Source: Bigelowiella natans CCMP2755 (Eukaryota > Protista > Cercozoa). Taken from it: a DNA stretch of 33,160 bases. Of the stretch, positions 23,557 through 33,160 are shown in pieces (position 1 is the stretch's first letter; each line of letters opens with the position of its first letter). Where the stretch lies: assembly GCA_000320545.1 (NCBI GenBank), contig ADNK01000749.1, forward strand, positions 1-33,160. The letters run 5' to 3'. The position numbers were made by a program, and so were the translations under genes. Below the pieces are notes generated by a model. The model was given only the letters and a program-made list of their open reading frames with translations. It had not been told where the DNA came from and did not search any database.

Positions 23557-25374
23557 TCTAAGAACCCTAAAAACACACACGCATACAAGCAAAAACGTAT
23601 CACACGTATATGTAGTTTATGCGTGTCGCGTACTATGTGAATATATGGCAGTAGTCTCCTCCTCCTCCTCCTCCTCCTCCTCCTCCTCCTCCTCCTTCTC
23701 CGACATCTTCTTCTGTGCTTTTGCTGCTGCTATCGTTCCAACCTTATCCCTTGTGATCCATTTCCAGATAGAGCTACAAAATCAAGACTTGATATCGAAG
23801 CTGAGGTTGTTCCTTTGACCCCTCCCCCCCCACACACATATGATATATAAGTAATAGTCGCTGGTGTTTCTATATGATTGCAGCAAGTAGAAGAAAGAGA
23901 GAGAGGGAGAGAGAGAGGGAAGGGGAGAGAGGGGGGGAACGCTTCGTCGGCGGCGACTAACAAAGAGATATTTACACAGCATGCACTTGCACATGATACG
24001 CTCGTGGTACATCTGAGATGCTCTGCTGCACTTAATATTGAGCTTGATGTCTCGAAATTGCTTGTTCGGTACTCACTCTTTTGGAAGGGCTCGAGAAGAG
24101 GAGATCTTAAAGCTCAAGAACGAGAGAGAAATTGACAAAAATACCATCATCGAATTGCAGGTTGTGACCACAAACACGACGATGATATTGATGATGATGA
24201 TCATGATGATCATGATGATACCTCATACATGCTACTGCTTATGGAAGGCGACCCACGTGCACTTACAAGCGCTGAGAAACCGAACCAAGCACGAACTCAA
24301 TGCAAGGTACATTGCCACGTTGGGCGGAGGAAAGTCAAGCGTTTGCTGCGCACTATATATACATCCACCGAGATAGATGTCCTTTTTGTTAGTAACGGGG
24401 GGAGGGGGGGGGGGGTTGATCTTGGTAGTAATTATCATGACCTTGGTAGTAATTGTCATAATCGGATCGGGTACCACAATACAGAACTCTGGAATTTGAA
24501 GCAACAAAGAAGATGTTAGAGGACGCGGAAGAGCGGTGTCATCGTGAGAATGATTTGTACAATGCTGCAGCCGGGGATCTGGAAGCCTCGCAAAAGGTAC
24601 GGAGCAAACAACAGTAGAATTACGCAGTAAATAATTGGGGCAGTAGTAGCCAGTTGATCATCGTTCGGTGTTGTCTCAGCGTTAGTGCATTATTGATTAG
24701 CAAGCTTTTCTTTTTATCGATCTTCCTGGTCGTCTTCTCAATTGTTGATTGTCTTTTGAGGTCTTCTCATGAGCGAATCATCATTATCATCACCACCACT
24801 ACCCATGGGCAGGTGCTTAAGCGCATGCGACTGGCAAAAGAAAAACAAGCGGTATTTTCCTCTCTCTTTCTCACAAAGAATCAATTCATCAAACATGCAA
24901 CACGCGTTTATGGGCGTAATGAACATGCACTTTGTCATTATCTTCAGTTCATTCGTCGCAACAGCAACTGATTCCAGCTCTCACCGTTTTCTTTTCTTCG
25001 TTACGTGACATAGATGCAAGGCAATCAAGTCGGGGTCAACCTGAGTAGGATAAAGGATGGCCTCAATCAAGTGGTGTCGGATTTTCAGCTGTTTTTGGGA
25101 TCGATGCAGGGCAGTAGCACACATTCTGGTGATTCGGTGACGAATACCACACAAAAAGGGGATCAAGTGGTATTGGTAGAATAATAATTTGCTTGTTTGG
25201 AGGAGCGTACACAAAAGAAAAATGTAAATTAAATCGTAGGTGTAAAGTGCATTTACATATGCACAAATGCGCTGTGGCGCAAATTATATTGCATAGCTGG
25301 CTAGCTGGGAAGAAGACGTACGCACAGCTACGCGTTTAAGGCGGAGCTCGATCGCCTTTCAGAAATATAAATAA
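19493..25374 (+). CDS. Calflagin/FCaBP-like degenerate EF-hand protein with N-terminal signal/TM segment, Pro-rich linker and C-terminal coiled coil
   Basis: About 20 exons in frame: GFVVFALFIFILELAIL (hydrophobic), LFRQCDTQNTGRLSLAMVREGL, ALASAFRAA, GFRLLLLYLQQH, FERAIPRLQEKGIEVTDISQVFGDDDDQKTFHDICIWAL. These parallel the trypanosome flagellar Ca-binding protein blocks (LF..FD...TG.L, RAF..A, EFRL+L.Y+, RA+PKL..WG..V.D...F, TF.+F..WA). A heptad-like helical tail ends ...IAFQKYK*. Confidence 0.75.
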
Positions 25375-26043
25375 TAATGCTGTTGATCGTTATGAGCGAA
25401 CACAACAAGGCTACATGCCATGCGCACTGTTCTGCCACCGATGCGTACGACCAAACATTGACACTACGCTTGTACATAGCTACATGTCAAGATGTATTGT
25501 GCATGCTCATGATGATCGCGCGGCGATATAAAGTGTTATGTTATTTAAATTTAAATTAATGCACATATACATTTTAACACCATTGAGGTACGATAGATGT
25601 GCTTCCGACTTTTCAGTAAGTTGTAACGTATACGTACCGACAGTATGCATATACATGTGCTCGCATGATCTCCCTCGCGATCAATCCCGCGTGTAGCATC
25701 ATACATGATGTCTACATGTATTATATGTAACAAATAAAGTTAGCTCACGATATTGTGCAACTAAGCCTCCCTAGTCCTGCGCGTGTGCCTGCTAGGTTGT
25801 ATAATTTGTGCTAATAATAATACACTAGCATTGATGACCCGCCTATTAGCACATGAGAGCTAGCCGAACAACATCGAAATCGACAATATTTACTATAGCT
25901 ACTAAGCTGGCTTTTGTTACAACATGATCACGACTACAGACGCCTGTACATTGTGCGTGTGTCTATCAATCAATTTCGTTACTCTTCAACGCCATGATGC
26001 ATGCCTAGCAAGCTGGGGATTTATGTATATGTTTTAGTCTTCC

Positions 26044-26487
26044 TTAAGACATCGTAAGGACGGCTTTCTTTTTCTTCGTCTCAATTGCCTTCTTAGCACT
26101 GGAGTTATGATGAGTATGCTTCGAAGCTCCTTTCTGCTCTACATTATCATGGCGGTGTGCGCCATCACGGCTGCCTTGAAGGACATCAGCCCCATTTTGA
26201 ACGGTTTTCTTAACTTTTGCATCAGCAGCAATGTCGTGATTCTTCTGGCTATTATCAACATTTTGCATTGCATCCTCTTTCATCATGGCCTCTAGTTCTG
26301 CTTGAAGTTGACTCTCTTCCTCCTCATCTGCCGGCGCTGCCTCAAACTGTGCGTCGTTATCGATAATAAGCAGAATGAATGAGAAAACAGGAGGAGAAGC
26401 AACTAAGAAACAAACGTTGATGTAGCTAACGCAAGATGAAGCAAATTAACACCCAAAATTCTCTTCCTCCTTCCTTGGATTGTTGGT

Positions 26488-26522
<35 letters not shown>

Positions 26523-27934
26523 GCTAAAGGAATTACCATCTCATCAACAGTCGTGCAGAGGTCCCGCAAATCGTCAAGATCATCACGGATACTGTCCGGA
26601 TCCAAACCGTCAGTCTCCGTGACTCGTTTGAGCTCTTTCCCGCCTTTCCGTAGCACCTTCATCACCTGCGTGTTTGTCCATGTGCTTTGCAGGGACTCGT
26701 AAAGCATCTCAAGATTCTCAAGATGATTTCGCGCCTGATCTACTCTCTTCTGAGTACGTTTTCTCTTCCGCAGAAGGAATAAGGCCGCCGCCTTTGATTT
26801 CTTGTTGAGAATGCCAACTTTGAGCTTTGTAACATTTTCCTCCCCGGAAGCTATATTCTTTTCTATGTCTACAATCGCCTCTTTGAACATTGCGATGTAC
26901 CCGTCGGATTCGCATACTTGCAGCTCAGATGATGATGACGCTGCTGACGGGGCGAGTTTTAGCCATTTGCCTCTACTTACAGATGATACTGCTGCAGCTA
27001 CTGGGTTAATTTCCCTCGCGAGTCCAAGAGACTGCATTCTATTGAAAAGTAGGTTCAAGTCGCTGTTTGAGAAACAAACAAACTCCTTTGCAATACGTTC
27101 CCTGGGAATTAAATAGTCTGCTCGAGCTTCCGCGTTTTGAATCATACGGGTGTGCACGATATGGGCAACTTCGTCTATAAGGCTTGGGATAATGAGGACC
27201 TCATCCTCGTCCGGTATTTGTGGTTTCTGATCGCCCCCCCCCAAAGCTAGTTTGTACAACTGATCCGCGAGCAAGGACACGGAGCTGTAGACATAGCCGC
27301 TGTACGATGACGACGATGATGACGACGACGAAGAGGAGAGGCTCTTGGCTCGGCAAACTTTCTTAGATTTGATGAGATGTGCTATAACCTGACTGATTGG
27401 ACGTGGCTTCATCGATTTTCGTGTAAAGCGCGTATGAAGTGTTTCTAGAGAGAATGCGAGGCAATTTTTTGAGGAGGATCGCCGATTTCTCATTTCTTCT
27501 TCTATCAAAGCTCGTTGGGTGTCAACGATGGCCGTTTCCCAAAACTTGAACTTTTGATTCCATTGGGCAACATCAAGCTCCCTGAGTTTGAAAGGTTATA
27601 GCACACCAAAATTAAGATCACGGAAGACGGAGGACGAGGAGTTGTTATGATCACGAAGCAGCTATTGAAAAAAAGCGAACGAGGCAGCTATCAAAATAAA
27701 CAAAATATAATCTGAATGTATTTATATTAATAGAATGCTCAACGAAGTAACTACTCATCAGTCTCCGTCCGGTAATGTATTTCATATGTGGTAAAAAAGT
27801 AAAGTTCATTACTTGCGTTTCGGAAGATTGGCAAACATGAATTTCATTGAATAATCATCGCCCCAATTTTCGGGAAAGCCCCTCAGCTTTTCGATGCGCT
27901 GCTTGCGATCTGCCGAGAGCGATTGAGGTTTCAT
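26044..27934 (-). CDS. CHMP7: Charged multivesicular body protein 7 (ESCRT-II/III hybrid)
   Basis: Three exons (27934-27813, ~27581-26537, ~26347-26044): FPENWGDDYSMKFMFANLP..K|ELDVAQWNQKFKFWETAI (typical CHMP7 N-terminal winged-helix start), FTRKSMKPRPISQVIAHL, then a Snf7 domain (KAAALFLLRKRKR...LENLE...NTQVMKVLRKGGKELK...ELEAM). Confidence 0.88.
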
Positions 27935-28414
27935 CGCGGGACTCTTTATCGAGCTGCAGTATAAAATAATCCGCCCCCTGACCGATGGAGGATTCCTGCG
28001 ATTTGGGCTACCTCAATTCTGAGACGACGAAGAGGTAAGGCCGAATTTTTATTTTCCAAAAAGTAAGAAGTGAATATCGAACATTTTGCCTGCATTTCCT
28101 CCCCTTTTAAGTTGCAGTTCCGCCCCCCGATGCTGAACAGATACGACGAGGAAACTCAGCTCAGCTGGAACGCACCACGGAGGGTGGGATGTTCTATTCC
28201 GGCCGCAAAACCGGCGAATCAGTCCACGCATAAGTGTACCTAAGAGGACTAGAGAACCTCTGCCCCTCTTCTACCTTGAAACTCTCTCTCACACACCCAG
28301 GTTTTCTCCCCTCTCTGCTTTCTCATCGCTTTCTACACGTTGCTCCAGTGTACGTACCATTGTGCAACACTCTCTCATTAATTAAATCTGGTCATTCTCA
28401 GGCAGTGAGCGAGG
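27935..28414. promoter_or_regulatory. Putative bidirectional promoter/5'UTR (CHMP7 / UBL protein), with a probable 5'UTR intron ~28234-28401
   Basis: Repeat-poor spacer between divergent ATGs; TTCCGG at 28197; TTCTCAG acceptor just upstream of ATG 28415. Confidence 0.45.
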
Positions 28415-30275
28415 ATGATCAAGGTTCATGTTCGTGAGCTGAGCGATCGGAGGGATTTGAATGAAAAGCCACATGTCTTTTCGCTCGGAATAGATAAACT
28501 GATAGGTAGAATTAGTCGTCAACACCACACGCATGCACGCTATGCGGAAGGGAAGATGAGAGAGATTGAGATTGGAGGTGAAGGGAAAGCGAGCATCAAC
28601 GCATCTATAAGCTCCAGACAAATGCATGCGCGCGCGACACAGTGTGACATACATGAATTGATCAACAGTGGACGTCAAGAAAACCCTGTATGAGGAGCAC
28701 GGAGTACCGGGGGATCTATGCCGTGTCATTATCGATGAGAGAGGTGGCTCAATAGATGCAAAAAATTGCCGTTTTCCATCATCAGCCTCTTCAAATACTA
28801 GTAACGATGGGTGCCATAGTAATGATAGCCCTCCTCACTCGTGTGTTAGCTTGTTGGCTTTCCCCCCTGAACCACATTGAAAAACGTCTACAAACGGCCA
28901 ATTCTGATGACATACTACTGCTTACTACTGGTTGTGTGTGTTGGCTCAGAAGAACCGAAACGGGCTTCCCTGACCACTGCGGAACTGTTAGGGGAGATGC
29001 CGACATTGCCGGTATTATTTATTCATGCCATTGCTTAGAGAAAGAAGACGAGTATGTTTGAATGATGGATATTATTTCATGCTAAGGAAGGCGTTGTGTC
29101 AATCTATATGGTTGTAGTTGAATGTGATGTAATATACAAGATGCTGAATATTAGCATTACTATATGTTAGGATTCCCTCCCCATATCAGAGTTAGTTGCT
29201 GGTGCAGACAACACCCTTTACCTGTTTCTATCAGTTGGCCGCCTTGTACTCCGATTCATAGCGGTAATACAGTATTATATATATAATAGAGGATAATCTC
29301 GGGTTTGCAGGGAGCAGTTTCGTCTGTGTGTTTTGCCTGCAGAACGTGCATGTGGAGCAGTAGAAGTAACGATAGTAGTGCTCCGGTAAGAAGTAGGAGT
29401 AATTCACATTGGAAGAGAACGATTGATTGTTGCTCGCAACAACTAAACAAAACAATCCATTCAAGCTTACAAGACGATGCATTTCCCGCTCTTTATCGAA
29501 ATAACAATACGCAATATAATGTATACTTAAAACCTCAATCTCATCTGCCTCAGCAGCTCCGACTATCCCTAATGTTATCATTGCTGGTCTCTCTCCAGGT
29601 TCTCCCGCCAGAGGAAGAGTTTGATGTGGACAGGGATGGAAAGAGGAAATTGCCTTCGCTTACTGATGCCCTCCCCGAAGCAAGAAGACGGTTGAAGGTG
29701 GTGTTGAATACATCATTCTGGACAAACGCAAAAGCCAAGAAGGAGAGCGCATGATGATGATGATGGTGGTGATGATGATGATAGAACTGATCAGGACTTT
29801 TCATCGACATATGATGGGGGGGGGGGACATGGGCTACCATCCCATGAATAATCTTTGGTCGCTTTTCTTGTTATCGTCACCATCTTCTCAGCTATTGGTG
29901 TCAATCATGTGCTTCGAACGCTCATCGTGAACATCTACCCCCCCCCCCCCTCCCCACACACACTCAGCCGATCTATGGTTACTCTCTGGAGACGGTCAGC
30001 GACCTGACAGCTCGGTAAGGGGGATTGTTTCTCCTGTGATTTGATATTCTTGCCTTTTCATCATCATCATCCTAAGTTCCTTCTTCTTCCTCCTCCATGA
30101 TGTTGATGAGTGATATGTGTGCTGCTTCTGTACTACAACCTTTTCCCTTATTGTTGCTACTGTGTTGTCAGCTACGACGAGGAATTGAATGGAGGAGATG
30201 AAGAATTTGGTAATTATCGTGTTGTAGCTGTTGGCGCTAGTGGTGGTGGTGGTGGTGGTGGTGGCTGTGCGTGTT

Positions 30276-30314
<39 letters not shown>

Positions 30315-30552
30315 GCAAAACGTCTGCGTCTACAAAAACGCAAGCTAATAATAATATACCATTCTTCTATGTATATTCGTTCTGGTGTCGCACATAATTC
30401 TTTCACTTCTTCTCGAGACTTATGACAAAAAATAGCGGGCACACACACACACACATTATAATAGGAAGAGGACCGTTTATGTGCTTTCCACCGCCATCAG
30501 AAAAAGAGGCATACAATAATAAGGTGCTTGTTCGTGCATTGTAGCATTGCTA

Positions 30553-30605
<53 letters not shown>

Positions 30606-31174
30606 TCTCCCTCTCCCTCACACACACACACACACACACACAGAAACCTTATTACGTGCAAAAGTGTGCGGCGCCTATGTGTGCTACTACTACTACTAGT
30701 AGTAGTAGTGCCAAATCTCTAACTACGATACTACGCACTCCCTCCTCCCCCATCACAGGGTGTGTGCGAGGAGACGGAAGAGGAGGAGAATAGGGAGGAG
30801 GAGGAGGAGGAGGAGGAGGAGGAGGAGGGAAAGGGAAAGGAGAGAAAGGGAGAAAAGAAACACGACGAAGATGCATGCTTTGACAAGTGGCAGCTTAAGG
30901 TCGTTGGATAATGCCATGCTTGCATATAAGAGGAGGAGGAGGAAGAAGAAGAGGAGAGGACTATATATGTCATAACTGAGGCACAGGAGGGTTGATAGCA
31001 GCCATTGTTGTTTTTATCTTGTATTATTGATGGAGACGGTGATGAAAACAATGATGATGATGATGATGATTACCAGGGATCGTATCTGGGGAAGGATGCG
31101 AAGGGCAACGACTACATCACACCCATATTTCCTCTTTCCTCCGGTCCAATCATTGCGTTGATTCTGTGTTTGTG

Positions 31175-31208
<34 letters not shown>

Positions 31209-32184
31209 CATGTCCTTGAGTTGTCGTTTGTGTTACAAGTATGAATGATGATGATGATGATGATGATGATAATGATAATGATATATGCATTTCCTTCCTC
31301 CTCCTCCTCCTCCTCCTTCTCCTCCGTCGTGCGCAGGGTCAATCAGTGAGGAGAACTGCGATGTTGAGTTTTTCTATGCTTCCAGGCTTGGAAGAGAGCT
31401 GGGTGATGTTACATCATCATCATCATCATCATCATCATTGCCCTATTGTATTGAATAATGTGTGTGAGACTGTGAGTTATCGTGGGTGCTGCTTGTGGTA
31501 TATATACTCCTCTCATTTCTCGGGTATGACCTCGGACTACTTCTCCATCCATACCCCCACCCCTTATTTTTCTCCAGATGAAGAATTTCTGTCTGCTGAA
31601 TGGATCTGCGACTCTATCCTGACCATCCGCCACTACCAACTGGGAAAGCAGGTGTGTGGACACACACGTAAATATTACATATATATATATATATATATAT
31701 ATATTAAGATGGTTTTAGCATTGAGCGCACCCATATTCTAAGAACACAAACCAAAAGGCACTCCCTCTCTTTCCCAATACTTCCACTAGCACATATCCAT
31801 GCATGCCCTCCTCCTCCTCCTCCTTCTTCTTCTTCTTCTTTTTCTTCTTCTTCCCACAAATGCATGGAAACCGTCAAATACTACAACCAGGCTCGAAGAT
31901 CGTCATCATCTTCGTTCGCATTTCACATTCACGGCTTTCGCAAGAAGGAGGACAACAACGATGAGGACAGTGACGATGATGGTGAGGATAATGATGATAA
32001 CGATGTCAAGGGAGGAGCTCGTCCTTCTCGTGGGCTTCGCCCCTGTCATCGCCGTCCTCGTGAGAGTAGTGTTGCAACTAGCATCAGTAGCAGTAGCAGC
32101 ACTAACAGCATCTACCATCCCTTACTGCTTCTCCCTGTCGCTCAAAGGTGAAGTAAGAGGAACCTGTATTTTTAATGCAATCAT

Positions 32185-32219
<35 letters not shown>

Positions 32220-32574
32220 TGTGATTTCGGTATTCTTCCCACGCTCATTGTTGATAATGTTGTTTTCTCGGCACCATAACGAGGAGCGCGTAAATGATGT
32301 TGTTGGATGTGATCGTTTTATCAATCATTCAGGGAGAAGGAATACACCGCGTGGATGGATCTTGCCGACAAGGTAGTTGTAGAATGTCTTGCTACATACA
32401 AACTCCACGAGTAGCCAGTCACAAAAAGCCCCATTGCAGTGTCGATATGAATGACAACTAGCAATAACGTTGCGGCGCTGCTGTAGTGTGGAGGAGGGAG
32501 AAAGAGAAAGGAGGGAAGGGGGAACCAAAGATGTGATTGAACCTTTTTCTCTTTTTTCTAGCATGGAGTAGTAG

Positions 32575-32606
<32 letters not shown>

Positions 32607-32777
32607 ACTATCGTTTCTTCCTCCTGATGGAGAGAAACATTTATATTACTGCTACAACTACTGCTACAACTACTGCTACGACTAGCGCTGCTACCACTTA
32701 TTCCCACTTATTCCCCTTACGACCTCAGATTCTTGGCCAAATGGATTCTTCCTTGACAAATCCTCTCATGCCAACTG
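28415..32777 (+). CDS. Uncharacterised multi-exon protein with N-terminal ubiquitin-like domain and acidic tracts; continues beyond the window end
   Basis: Exons join in frame: MIKVHVRELSDRRDLNEKPHVFSLGIDKLIVDVKKTLYEEHGVPGDLCRVIIDER|EPKRASLTTAELLGE...QFRLCVLP (beta-grasp pattern), then ...ETVSDLTAR..., polyE, CFDKWQLK, AEWICDSILTIRHYQLGKQ, a D/N-rich tract, and last visible exon 32729-32777 ending at a GTAAGA donor. Confidence 0.65.
30556..30642. repeat. Compound (CT)n(CA)n microsatellite, intronic
   Basis: Directly visible tandem repeat. Confidence 0.95.
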
Positions 32778-32952
32778 GTAAGAAGAAGGAGAAGAAGAGA
32801 GATCATATCTGCTGCCAACTAATAATAATAATATTAATAATAATAATAATATGATGATGATGATGAGACGTAGTAGTAGAACACACCATCAACGCCACCA
32901 TATGCGTAAGATAGTATGATGTTCATGGTCAACTGCTCATAGCAAATTCCAA

Positions 32953-32956
<4 letters not shown>

Positions 32957-33006
<50 letters not shown>
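32957..33006. repeat. (AT)n microsatellite, intronic
   Basis: Directly visible tandem repeat. Confidence 0.95.
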
Positions 33007-33007
<1 letters not shown>

Positions 33008-33160
33008 GTTTGCTATATGCGGAGGAGAATGTGCATATTACAATCTCACGCGTATGGGGGGGTGTATGGGGTGTGCTACAACAACGTGTCATCATATTCT
33101 TATTATAATTATTATATTAAATATATTAATAATATGTTGGGGGCGGAGATGAGCTCTCTT

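Noticed and set aside
11000-33160. Dozens of 60-170 aa ORFs rich in homopolymers (polyH, polyS, HTHT, ERER, YIYI)
   Set aside because: They are translations of intronic microsatellites, or read-through and antisense frames of real exons.
1-33160. CRISPR arrays, transposons, introner-like repeated introns, rRNA/tRNA genes
   Set aside because: No spaced direct repeats, terminal inverted repeats, transposase/RT motifs or sequence-similar introns were seen; the repeats are simple tandem repeats only.

Overview
Eukaryotic nuclear DNA, intron-rich and full of microsatellites; almost all short ORFs in the supplied track are repeat-derived noise. Splicing by hand at GT-AG sites gives 8 protein-coding genes in 4 strictly head-to-head pairs: (1) a secreted Cys-rich protein with a VDE-like N-terminal Cys domain (-, runs off the left edge) / MEA1-like protein (+); (2) an intronless plant/kinetoplastid-type ATP-dependent 6-phosphofructokinase with a bipartite leader (-) / RimJ/RimL-type GNAT acetyltransferase (+); (3) an ARMT1/DUF89-family protein with a bipartite leader and degenerate catalytic motifs (-) / calflagin-like degenerate EF-hand + coiled-coil protein with an N-terminal hydrophobic segment (+); (4) CHMP7 (-) / a protein with an N-terminal ubiquitin-like domain (+, runs off the right edge). 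Signal peptide + basic Ser/Arg-rich transit-like leaders with no ASAFAP motif suggest an alga with a complex plastid, most like a chlorarachniophyte (inference). The best leads are a probable plastid-targeted DUF89 pseudo-phosphatase, a PFK5-like Cx4C redox motif in the intronless PFK, and degenerate splice sites occurring with complementary microsatellite pairs in introns. Gene models were built by hand, family calls rest on recalled motifs rather than searches, and some exon boundaries are approximate.
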